64,000 bases of DNA from Alphaproteobacteria bacterium (GTDB taxonomy: Bacteria; Pseudomonadota; Alphaproteobacteria; RF32; CAG-239), in assembly GCA_016288295.1 (NCBI GenBank), contig JAEEYV010000027.1:7797-71796 (forward strand). The letters are read 5' to 3'. A model generated the notes under the pieces. That model worked only from the letters and a program-made list of their open reading frames with translations. It made no database searches and had not been told where the DNA came from. The position numbers were made by a program, and so were the translations under genes. This document shows, in pieces, positions 19,188 to 28,332 of the stretch (the stretch's first letter is position 1; the number at the start of each line of letters is the position of its first letter).

Positions 19188-20785
19188 TGTGTCCTAACTA
19201 CGCTACAAAATACACCACTTCTACCAAGACGACTGCAAACACCATCGCCTTCTTCAAGAGATTTGACCGGTCCTATACGGAGATGGAACAGTTCTTTACC
19301 CTGACCATCCGCCGGTGCATCAACAGAAAAGAACGGATCATACTTGCCAAGAATCTTGGAATGTTTATTTGATACATCATCCCATAAATTTTCCAGATTT
19401 TCGACATTGGCATCAGTTCCCAATTCTATGGAAATATTTGAACCACTACTGTCTACAAAGCCTGAACCATATCGATATTGATTAGCGATAGATGAGGCCG
19501 CAGGGTCAAATTGTTGCGTATTCTGAATACGATGCATTTTTGAATAATCAAAGTCAGCCGCACCACCAGAGCCGGGGAACATGGCTCCCCCATTACCCAT
19601 ATCTTCACTATAATCTCCTGTCGGTTCATTGGCCGCGCCATTTACAGGACCGGAACTGAAATCAGGATATGAAGCTCCGCCGGCCTTTGATTGAGCGCCA
19701 GCCGGAATTTTTGCGCCACGGTCCCATTCTTTATCAGTAACATCTTTGGCGTAACTTGCATCTTCAAGTCCTGCGTCATCAGAACGACGAAGTTTAAGGC
19801 AAACAATCCTTTTTCCGTTTCTTAAAACCATATCGCCTATTCCCTCAACGATGATTAAGCGATTATTAGGGCCTTTAGTACGAAATCCGACTGGAACCTC
19901 CATTCTTTCAACAATGAGAGAAACAACCGGCCTTTGGGTCATATAAAGGGCTCTTTTTCCCAAATCAATGTATGTAAAAATGTCATCTCGCCATACTCGT
20001 TCGGGAGCGATGACAACATCATCTGCGTTGGGTACATAAACCTCAATATCAAAACGAAATTGCGTGGGATCAAGAGGAATGTTTTCGACCCAATTATTTT
20101 TTTGATCCCGTTTAGTAAAAGTTGAATCAACCGATTTTCCCCCTTTACCAAAATAAGACGTAGCATTTATTCGACCACCGCCGCCGGACGACATGGCTTT
20201 GGCGCCACCATTATTGCCACCGACCACGTCAATATCAACAATGGCATTGGTTAAACGTTCTGTATTAACGCCTTCACTGCGCGCATAAAAGACATAACGG
20301 TTGCCTGAGCGCCCAAAAACAACGATATTGGTATCAACACCGACATTAGCTCCGGCAGTTGGATAAAGCAATAAGGTATTAGGTCCGGAAATTTGCCCAT
20401 CAAATGTGGAATTATCACCAATATAAATATCTTCAACCATTTCCCACTCGGGAAAATTTATCAGTGTAATCATACCTTCACGCAGGCGCAAAGGCAAAAC
20501 TAAATCCGGAGACCAATAGTATTTCGAATAAGCCGGTTTGCTTTGGCCTTCGCCAAGATTTTGCAAAGGATCAAGCCAGGCACTTTGGATCATTCCCAAA
20601 GAGTTGAACCCCATGTAACTCATATCCATAGGTTGATACATTCCCTGCGATTGTGCCGTAGCCTGATCTGCTCCATTAGCCACGGATTGAGCATTGCTCA
20701 TTTCCGTAAACAGAAAACTGCTTAAAACAACAATTGCAGCCCCTGCACATTTAAAAAATATAGCTCTATTCATATTATTGTACAT
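19184..20785 (-). CDS. virB9: VirB9/CagX-family outer-membrane core protein with a C-terminal SPOR-like domain
   Basis: Signal peptide. VirB9 N-domain (PLRLREGMITLINFPEWEMVEDIYIGD…NIVVFGRSGNRYVFYARS). C-domain (VWRDDIFTYIDLG…LIIVEGIGDMVLRNGKRIVCLKL). The last ~80 aa end in …ELFHLRIGPVKSLEEGDGVCSRLGRSGVFCSVV. Confidence 0.8.
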   Translation of the reverse strand: MYNNMNRAIFFKCAGAAIVVLSSFLFTEMSNAQSVANGADQATAQSQGMYQPMDMSYMGFNSLGMIQSAWLDPLQNLGEGQSKPAYSKYYWSPDLVLPLRLREGMITLINFPEWEMVEDIYIGDNSTFDGQISGPNTLLLYPTAGANVGVDTNIVVFGRSGNRYVFYARSEGVNTERLTNAIVDIDVVGGNNGGAKAMSSGGGGRINATSYFGKGGKSVDSTFTKRDQKNNWVENIPLDPTQFRFDIEVYVPNADDVVIAPERVWRDDIFTYIDLGKRALYMTQRPVVSLIVERMEVPVGFRTKGPNNRLIIVEGIGDMVLRNGKRIVCLKLRRSDDAGLEDASYAKDVTDKEWDRGAKIPAGAQSKAGGASYPDFSSGPVNGAANEPTGDYSEDMGNGGAMFPGSGGAADFDYSKMHRIQNTQQFDPAASSIANQYRYGSGFVDSSGSNISIELGTDANVENLENLWDDVSNKHSKILGKYDPFFSVDAPADGQGKELFHLRIGPVKSLEEGDGVCSRLGRSGVFCSVVRTQ

Positions 20786-21506
20786 TATTTAACCTCAAAG
20801 AATAACTGGTTACTGTGAAGCCTGCCGGATTTTTCAGGCGTTCTTTATATTTAACTCTTTTGTGCCTATATGTTATTTTTAAAGAAGCAGTCCAGTATTT
20901 AATGATTGGCTCTTCTGCATCGGGGAACATATCACGAGTTTCGTATTCAACCTGCCAAATTCCCGTACTCAATTCGTTTGCTGTTACAATACGAACATCA
21001 CGAACCATATGACGTTCTTTAATCAACTCAAGAGCTCGACTAGCCGTGTTTTTTGAGAAATCATCATAGACAGTAGGAGATGACATTTCCTGAATAGCTC
21101 CGCCCGGAGACCATCTGGCTTCCGCCTCCAAGATGTCTTTATTAAAACTACTGCGCATTAAAACGTACTGACGAACAAAAACTTCAGTTATGCTTCTTAC
21201 TTCCGCAAGATTGCGTTTTAACGGTTGGATATTGTAGACTTGCTCTTCTTTGTTTTGGAAATTTAGCAGAAACGGCTCTATTCTGTGTAGCGGAATAACC
21301 TGAGATATTGCCAACAAAAGCACAATATTACAGCAGATGCTTACCGCCATAATGATAGCGAATGCGCGAGCCGTCCATAGATATCTTTTTTCGGCGACAT
21401 TAGCAACAAATACGTCTGATGATGAATACGAATCGCGCTTGCGACGAACACTGCTGTTGCCTAAAAGGCGCTGATTACTATTATTATTTCCTAACTGTTG
21501 AGCCAT
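20775..21506 (-). CDS. virB8: VirB8-family protein (paralog 2)
   Basis: Start moved to ATG 21506 (SD agggg 5 nt upstream). The track start at 21521 is TTG. N-terminal TM segment, then an NTF2-like periplasmic domain with FVRQYVLMRSSFN and WTASLKITY. Confidence 0.75.
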   Translation of the reverse strand: MAQQLGNNNSNQRLLGNSSVRRKRDSYSSSDVFVANVAEKRYLWTARAFAIIMAVSICCNIVLLLAISQVIPLHRIEPFLLNFQNKEEQVYNIQPLKRNLAEVRSITEVFVRQYVLMRSSFNKDILEAEARWSPGGAIQEMSSPTVYDDFSKNTASRALELIKERHMVRDVRIVTANELSTGIWQVEYETRDMFPDAEEPIIKYWTASLKITYRHKRVKYKERLKNPAGFTVTSYSLRLNNVQ

Positions 21507-21527
21507 GATAACCCCTAACAAAGCCGG

Positions 21528-21716
21528 CTAAATTGTTTCAATAAACCAATCCGGCAAGGATTGAGGGAGTTCGACCTGAAGGCAAGCACATGGGGAGAGT
21601 TTGAGCTCATCAACGTCTTTACCGATTTCAACCGGCTCCGGCTCGTAGTATGATCCCATTAGCCCGCACCCAGCCAAAAACACGATGACAAGCAATAATA
21701 CTGCTTTTTTAATCAT
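21528..21716 (-). CDS. Small lipoprotein, VirB7-like by size and position
   Basis: 62 aa. MIKKAVLLLVIVFLAGC has lipobox LAG|C. The gene sits between the two virB8 paralogs, upstream of virB9. Confidence 0.55.
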   Translation of the reverse strand: MIKKAVLLLVIVFLAGCGLMGSYYEPEPVEIGKDVDELKLSPCACLQVELPQSLPDWFIETI

Positions 21717-21806
21717 AAGAATATTCCTCTGTTAACTATAGTTAGTTAGACTTTAGTATCTTTTTTTACAAAAGTCTAAATATAACAAACTTATTAACAG
21801 GCAATA

Positions 21807-22553
21807 TTAAAAATGAGCACGACTTTGACTGTATTTGGTAACGGTGAACCCCAGAGGATTAATCAAACGACGTCCCAAAAACAGTCTTTCAGGAATAAAA
21901 TATGCTATAACCGATGCTGTCCAGAAACTGGTATTAAGTGTTAGATATGAACTTCCGCTAGGGCGTGATACTTCATAAATTTTAAAATCGACTTTCCATA
22001 TTGGACTGGTTTGTCCACCAGCTCTTTGTGAAGATATGATTTCAACTTCTCTGTTAATCAATTTTTCCTTGTTTTTGCTTTCAATACCTTCACGTGTTTT
22101 ATTAAATTCTGTAAAAACTTTATTTGAAGATAAAAAATGAATGATTCCTCCCGGATGCCAACGAGATCTCATCTCCATAAAATCGTTAACATACGAGTTA
22201 CGATATATAATATATTGGCGAACAAATATCTCCATAAATTTGTCTTTCGAGGCCATATCATAGGCAATAGGCTCATATCTAACCGCGTCATCTGAACTAT
22301 TTTGGTTAATGATCAAAAACGGTTCCACCGAAACCATCGGAGCTAATTTAAATAAGGAAAGTGAAGCTGCTAAGAAAACTGCCAAAGAAACAAAAGCTGC
22401 AAAAATAAAAAAACGTGAAAGCCAAAGATAATAGTACGTCTTAACCCCGTATTTTTCTTTTTCGGACTGACCGAGAAAGTGGTAGGTTCTACCACTTTTA
22501 TCGGTCAAAGCCATTATTTTGGTGTTTTCAAGAATATTCCCTAATTTGCTCAT
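21807..22553 (-). CDS. virB8: VirB8-family protein (paralog 1)
   Basis: 248 aa. TM segment FFIFAAFVSLAVFLAASLSLF. FVRQYIIYRNSYV and WTASVIAYF parallel paralog 2. Confidence 0.75.
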   Translation of the reverse strand: MSKLGNILENTKIMALTDKSGRTYHFLGQSEKEKYGVKTYYYLWLSRFFIFAAFVSLAVFLAASLSLFKLAPMVSVEPFLIINQNSSDDAVRYEPIAYDMASKDKFMEIFVRQYIIYRNSYVNDFMEMRSRWHPGGIIHFLSSNKVFTEFNKTREGIESKNKEKLINREVEIISSQRAGGQTSPIWKVDFKIYEVSRPSGSSYLTLNTSFWTASVIAYFIPERLFLGRRLINPLGFTVTKYSQSRAHF

Positions 22554-22565
22554 TGATACAATTCT

Positions 22566-25500
22566 CTAATACGGCATACAAACCGGCTGCTCATAATTGT
22601 CAATCTCTTTTTGAATGGCATCGTAGCCCTCTTTTCTTGATTTTTCAATTACTTTTTCATTTGCTTTAGCAGTTTTGATGCTTTGCTCAAGAGTACTACC
22701 TGCTTCGGTGTTAGTCGTCAGGTTTACTCTTGCATCATTATCTTGGAGAAGTGCTTTATAAGTATTGTATACCTTTTCATATCGTTCTTTGACGATATTG
22801 TTGTCATGAACAACTGAATCTAAATCTTTAGATATACGGCTCATAAGCACATTTTTCTGTTCTTTGAGTTTATTTGCAATATATTTATAGTCATTATTAT
22901 CCGAAAAATCCACATTATCTTTAATGGCAAAATTAACTTTTTCAAACGTTTCTTTGAGATTTTTCTTAAAGTCTGTCATGTTAGCTTCTATCTCATCAAC
23001 ATTTTTCTTAACTTCCATCTCCTTATCAACAAAATGTAGAAAATCTCCGATTTGGTTAGTTGTAAACATTGCTCTTTGATAGATGTTTTCATATGCTGTC
23101 AAATCATATTTACCGTCTTTCTCGGCTTTTTCCTCTTTCTTAATCAACATCGTATACCCGTAATGAGGCAAATCGTTAACCGATAGAACGCCATCTTTAT
23201 ATTTTAAGAACATTCCGAGTTCGCTATTGGTAAGTTCACTTACGCTGCCGGCAGCATTTCCATATGTGTCACGGTGCTTCTTGTTTTCTATTTCGTTATC
23301 ACGAATCACATAGGTATTGATGACGCCTCCGATGCCTATTTGTCGACCTTTTATTTTGATATCTTTACAAGCTGTCAACTGACGGTATTTTTGCTGATTT
23401 GCCGCTGTCGGCTGTTTTTTAACATCAATCACTGAATATTTACCGCTGTCATCACCATCAATAATATATCGGTCGTCGCTTGTACATGGCAATTGAACGC
23501 CACGAACAAAGGATTTTCCTTCTCCACCACGTTCTAAGACAACGCTTAAATCAACACCTTTTTCAACGTAAGCATTATCTGAAAGCAACAATTCCCAAAT
23601 ATGCGGTTGAGTTAAACCGTATTCAAGAAATGCTTGATGGCTCAAACGTCCATCTGAGCTGACATCAAGTTTTTTATAATCCGTAGTATCCAGATGTACT
23701 ATATCTCTGACTGTCGGGTAATGAGCCGTCAAAGGAGCTTTAGGAGCGGTAAAGTCATGTTCTTTTGCTGGCAACCCTACAAAGTATTGAGTGTCAGCTG
23801 TTGTACAGCTAAATTTAGAACAAACATCTTCAATTGATGGTTTGAATATTTCTCTTAAAAGGGCAATTATGCTCTCGGCATTTACCGATGCAGTACCAAT
23901 TGCCGTTCTGACACTACGTTCAAAACATTTGCGTGGCAAATTAGTCAACTGCTCTGTAAGTGCTGCATGTTTGGAAACAATCGAAGGATTATTTGAGTTC
24001 ATATACAGGGCGTCTTCTTCTTTCATAGTATTAAGCTCGTCCTGATGTTTTTGAATGAACTCAATAGCACAACTGCGAGCGGTGTCAACAAGGCTGTCTG
24101 CTTTCTTAATAAAACCAAGTGCTTTACTGTTGTTGATATTTAATTCCGCAAATAAATCTTGCAATTTAGGAGTTGTAGCACTATCAGTTTGCAAGTTTGC
24201 AATCTTGGTATCATATTCGCTTTCAACCGAAATTATTTCATCACGATATTTTTGTTGTATCTTTTCTATATCGGTATCGACTTTATCCAACGATTTTTGA
24301 ACTGTTGCACGACTATTCTCATATCTTTTACGAAGAACACGCTGTTTATTCAGCTCTTCCATATTTTCAAGACGAGCTTTAGATGATTCTTCAAAAGACT
24401 GCTTGGCCATAATATAGCCTGATGAAAATGTGTTTGCTCCACGTTTTTCCATTATATTTAATTCGTTATATGCGCTATCGGCAGTGGATTTATTCTTGGC
24501 TACTAAGTCATTAAGCTTTTCAATCTCTTCTGTAGCATATGAAATTTGCTTACTAAGTGCATCTTGTCTTGAATCTAGTTCTGCCCTTCGAGCCTGATGA
24601 GGCATAAGCTCATTGTTTTCTCTTTGCCTTATGGCATCAACCGCGGCAATTTTTTCTTCAACAAGTTTTTCACTAGCTCTGAGGGTAGGTTCTCTGTTTT
24701 CAAGAGCCGCTGTAACTTGATTCAAAGCATCGATAGCTCCACTCTCGTCATCCTCGGGCAAGCTGGCGCTAAATTTTTGTGCTATAGCAATTGCTGTATC
24801 AGCTAAATCAAGTTCGTTCAAATAAGCTTTCATGTTTTCGTACTTGCCATCAAGATATTGATCATAATAGCTACGTTGGTCATTCCAAAGCGGAAATGGA
24901 TGTGAAGCTTTGCCATAAACCGGATTTTCAGAATATTGATCTTCAACCAAAATCTGAGCCGCTTTACGACCAATCAACCAATTTAATTGCTCAACCTCAC
25001 GAATAGAATTTGCAAATTCTTTGTCACGACTCGGAGTTTTGTAATAATCCGATTGACGCTCTTTTAAAGCTTCTTTTTCAAGTTTTTCAATATCAGGTTC
25101 AACTAATGTTTGGCTATCTTTTTCCGTATCAACATCATCACCGGCAAAAATATCCATGTCTATATCACTACCTACAGATGCATTGGCTGTCTTAAAGGTA
25201 GTAATTGCCCAACCTGACAATCCTTTTCGGCTATCATAATCACAAGTGCTTTGAGGTTTAGAAGATTGACCAAACCAAACCTTATTAGGCTCGGAATAAC
25301 GACGACCAACATATCTCAACACACAAGTATCAGCTTTTTCAACGGATGAAACTGCTTTTTCGTGAAGTTTTTTATACAGGCTGTGCTGTTTATATAAGTC
25401 TTTATATTCAGGCAGACGTTGCAATAGGTTATGAACATCCAAAGCGCTATTGATTTCCAATTGAATATCAGCAATACGCTTTAAGGCTTCAAGCTCGTTT

Positions 25501-26417
25501 TCGCTACCGGCTAAAGGCGAAGGTTCTGCCTTGGTCTTAGGAACAACAAAAATGTTCGTCTGCGAGGAACCTGAAGATGATTCATCCGGTGATGCGTTAG
25601 CTGAAGCTTGTGCCGCATCGACTGATTTGCTGTTCATAAATTGTGCAAAAACAAGTTTTGTGCTACCGCTGATCTCTGATGAGTCGATGGTTAATGCCGA
25701 AGTGTTTTGCGGCTTGGGTGCCGGAACAATTTTGTCTTCTCTGAGCAATTTAAGAGCGTAATACTGATTGCGCATCGCCATAAGTTCTTCTGTTACCTTC
25801 AAAATATCATTCATCTTATGAGCGGCCATATAAACATTGTAATCTACGGGGTTTCCTGCGTCCGAACCCGCAGTATTGTTTTCTCCTGTACTTTTTGCTG
25901 TCATTGCTTCTTCGGTAAAGGCTTCAACCTCTCTGCGCAGAGTATTTAATTTGCTCTCCAACCCTGTGATAGAAGCTTTAATTTCAACTAATGTATCATA
26001 ATAAAAGTCGTCACCTTTTCTTTCGTACGCAGTATTGGTCTTGGAATCGGTAAAGACTGCAGGATATTGTAAGAAAAGATCGGTGATGGCGACCTTTACA
26101 GCCTCATAATCCGTCATATCAACCGAACTTGTCGAAGCAAACTCCTTAGCACCCGGAATTTTGCCGACGATGTTTAGAACTTTACCTTTAATTCTATCAA
26201 CTTCAGATTTTACTTTAGTAAGAGCTTGTTTAACTTTGGCTACATATTCTTCCTGGATAGTGGCCAGATATTGTTCGCCTTGTTGAATAGTTGATTTAAT
26301 ATCACCTTTAGCATCAAAAGATACACCAAACAGTAACTGAGCATCAGCCGGTTTGGAGAGAGATAATGCTGCAACAATAAAGCAGGCAGCTAAAGAAATA
26401 CGGGTAAATATTTTCAT
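22566..26417 (-). CDS. 1283-aa secreted, largely alpha-helical/coiled-coil protein; T4SS-associated, unknown function
   Basis: Signal peptide MKIFTRISLAACFIVAALSLSKPADA. No internal TM segment. The start overlaps the upstream stop by 4 nt (26414-26417). Confidence 0.6.
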   Translation of the reverse strand: MKIFTRISLAACFIVAALSLSKPADAQLLFGVSFDAKGDIKSTIQQGEQYLATIQEEYVAKVKQALTKVKSEVDRIKGKVLNIVGKIPGAKEFASTSSVDMTDYEAVKVAITDLFLQYPAVFTDSKTNTAYERKGDDFYYDTLVEIKASITGLESKLNTLRREVEAFTEEAMTAKSTGENNTAGSDAGNPVDYNVYMAAHKMNDILKVTEELMAMRNQYYALKLLREDKIVPAPKPQNTSALTIDSSEISGSTKLVFAQFMNSKSVDAAQASANASPDESSSGSSQTNIFVVPKTKAEPSPLAGSENELEALKRIADIQLEINSALDVHNLLQRLPEYKDLYKQHSLYKKLHEKAVSSVEKADTCVLRYVGRRYSEPNKVWFGQSSKPQSTCDYDSRKGLSGWAITTFKTANASVGSDIDMDIFAGDDVDTEKDSQTLVEPDIEKLEKEALKERQSDYYKTPSRDKEFANSIREVEQLNWLIGRKAAQILVEDQYSENPVYGKASHPFPLWNDQRSYYDQYLDGKYENMKAYLNELDLADTAIAIAQKFSASLPEDDESGAIDALNQVTAALENREPTLRASEKLVEEKIAAVDAIRQRENNELMPHQARRAELDSRQDALSKQISYATEEIEKLNDLVAKNKSTADSAYNELNIMEKRGANTFSSGYIMAKQSFEESSKARLENMEELNKQRVLRKRYENSRATVQKSLDKVDTDIEKIQQKYRDEIISVESEYDTKIANLQTDSATTPKLQDLFAELNINNSKALGFIKKADSLVDTARSCAIEFIQKHQDELNTMKEEDALYMNSNNPSIVSKHAALTEQLTNLPRKCFERSVRTAIGTASVNAESIIALLREIFKPSIEDVCSKFSCTTADTQYFVGLPAKEHDFTAPKAPLTAHYPTVRDIVHLDTTDYKKLDVSSDGRLSHQAFLEYGLTQPHIWELLLSDNAYVEKGVDLSVVLERGGEGKSFVRGVQLPCTSDDRYIIDGDDSGKYSVIDVKKQPTAANQQKYRQLTACKDIKIKGRQIGIGGVINTYVIRDNEIENKKHRDTYGNAAGSVSELTNSELGMFLKYKDGVLSVNDLPHYGYTMLIKKEEKAEKDGKYDLTAYENIYQRAMFTTNQIGDFLHFVDKEMEVKKNVDEIEANMTDFKKNLKETFEKVNFAIKDNVDFSDNNDYKYIANKLKEQKNVLMSRISKDLDSVVHDNNIVKERYEKVYNTYKALLQDNDARVNLTTNTEAGSTLEQSIKTAKANEKVIEKSRKEGYDAIQKEIDNYEQPVCMPY

Positions 26418-27667
26418 TGGTTTTCTCCTTTATCTTCTGATGATGTCGAAGAATTTGTTGTTTCAGATGCTGAAGCTTGAGCATCAGCAACAGCAGCCTC
26501 AAAAATGCCCTGCGATGCTTCTGTAAGTGATCCAGCCACAGGCTCTCCCGGTTCTGCAGGTTTTAACTCAACCTTTCCAACACTGTAATTTTCATCTTGA
26601 GGGGTGTATTTGTAATTGCTAAGGTTTATTTCTCCGGTCGCGTTTCCGGTATTTCTAAAGCCGTTCTGTGTCAAATCATAACTTACATCAAGTTTTAATT
26701 TTTGGAGTAACAATTCGGTATAGTTAATAAGAGCAAGCATATTGGAACGTGCTAACTCAATACCAGCAATAGCGTCACCCGAGGTCCCTCCTTCTACATC
26801 TGCGGCACCACGACTTAATTTTTCGGCACTTTCATTGTCGGCCATTAACTCAGCACGGATAGCTGTTGTTCTTTGGAATACAACATTAAGATCCTGCCAA
26901 TACATGGCATCATATCTGGCGCGATTAGCCCAGAAACTGCGTGTACTGTTTTGATCTTGTCCACCAAGGGTTAATAATTTTAATGTATCCTTTAAATCTT
27001 CCGCAGAATCGTAATCTTTAGCAATAGAAGTAAATTGATTAATTTGGGAAGTTAGCTCACTTTTGAGTAAATCTTTTTGGCGATTGAATTCGCCTACTGC
27101 CATAGAATATACATCTTTGATATTTGTGATATTATCTTGGGTACTGAAAATAAGGTTATTCTTTTGACGAAGTAATTCTGTAATTCTTTCATTATTAATA
27201 ACAGCATGAGAAGGATCTTTAAGAATATCTTCTTGTAATTTATTGATATCTATATTCAAGGAATTAATCTTGGCGTTACTACTTTCCACAATTGATGAAA
27301 TTTCTTTAGTTGCTTTGCCTTTAGCTTCAGACATATCAAGATCTATCTTCATATATTTTGCTGCAATATTAGAAAATTGAGGATATTGAGAAAGCAGACT
27401 TTGAATGGAATTGATATTATTGATTTTTACAAATTCATAAGCTTCTTTTGCACCTTCTCCGTACTGAATAACGGTTTGCACAAAGGTACTTTCCATCACG
27501 GTTTTATAGGCCTTTTCAACCTTGGTTTTAATCGTTGTGAAAGACTTTTGCAGACTGTTAACAACATCAGTCTTAAATGGTGGCAACAGAAATGCCTCTG
27601 CCTTAAACGGTATAGATGATAACAAGGCTGAAGCAACAATTAGTATTGAGGTATTTTTTTTCATCAC
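26414..27667 (-). CDS. 417-aa secreted helical protein; T4SS-associated, unknown function
   Basis: Signal peptide MMKKNTSILIVASALLSSIPFKAEA. Junctions overlap by 1 nt (upstream) and 4 nt (downstream). Acidic, Ser-rich C-terminus. Confidence 0.6.
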   Translation of the reverse strand: MMKKNTSILIVASALLSSIPFKAEAFLLPPFKTDVVNSLQKSFTTIKTKVEKAYKTVMESTFVQTVIQYGEGAKEAYEFVKINNINSIQSLLSQYPQFSNIAAKYMKIDLDMSEAKGKATKEISSIVESSNAKINSLNIDINKLQEDILKDPSHAVINNERITELLRQKNNLIFSTQDNITNIKDVYSMAVGEFNRQKDLLKSELTSQINQFTSIAKDYDSAEDLKDTLKLLTLGGQDQNSTRSFWANRARYDAMYWQDLNVVFQRTTAIRAELMADNESAEKLSRGAADVEGGTSGDAIAGIELARSNMLALINYTELLLQKLKLDVSYDLTQNGFRNTGNATGEINLSNYKYTPQDENYSVGKVELKPAEPGEPVAGSLTEASQGIFEAAVADAQASASETTNSSTSSEDKGENQ

Positions 27668-28320
27668 TAATCTCCTTCTTCTGTTTCATCTTCTACCGGA
27701 GCTCTTAAGCCTGATTTTACAAGTTCAAACTGCATTTCAGTCATTGAACTTTGCATATCAAGAATACGTACCCAACGTTGAGCAGCTTCCATAGTTTCTT
27801 TATTAATAGCCTGTTTAATTTCACGATCATTACTGGTAGCAGAAATTTCATCATTAGTTTCAGTCTTACGGTTTTGGGCAATTTGAGCTCGCAGACACAT
27901 AGAATATGCAAGAACACGAGACCAGTCTTCTCTTGTAATCGCTTGTTTTTCTTTCTTGCTTAAGGCATATTTCATGGTTAAATCTTTACCTTCAGCACTG
28001 AATATGGTTCCGCGTTTAACGGCTTTTTCCAATTTGCTGATATCATCTATGTTGTCAGCTATAATCGGAATGGTACGAACCGGAATTTTATCAAATTTGA
28101 ATTTGTCAGGTATCGGAGGAAGAACGCCCAATGGTCCCTGACGTAACTGATTGTAATAACTTTCGATCTTTTGATATTTTTCTTGAATGACCTGATATTT
28201 TTTTTGAACATTTTCAAGAAAACTCATGGTCGTTTCTAAGAACTCAAAGTCAGCACGGGCCTCAGAGGCTATCGACATCCCTAAACAGAGCGCCAGCAAT
28301 GTCAGTAATATTTTTCTCAT
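27667..28320 (-). CDS. 217-aa secreted helical protein, VirB5/TrbJ-like by size, position and composition
   Basis: Signal peptide …SIASEARA. Gln/Lys-rich helices (FLENVQKKYQVIQEKYQKIESYYNQLRQ). Size and post-virB4 position fit VirB5/TrbJ. No motif-level proof. Confidence 0.4.
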   Translation of the reverse strand: MRKILLTLLALCLGMSIASEARADFEFLETTMSFLENVQKKYQVIQEKYQKIESYYNQLRQGPLGVLPPIPDKFKFDKIPVRTIPIIADNIDDISKLEKAVKRGTIFSAEGKDLTMKYALSKKEKQAITREDWSRVLAYSMCLRAQIAQNRKTETNDEISATSNDREIKQAINKETMEAAQRWVRILDMQSSMTEMQFELVKSGLRAPVEDETEEGD

Positions 28321-28332
28321 AATCTGCCTCCA

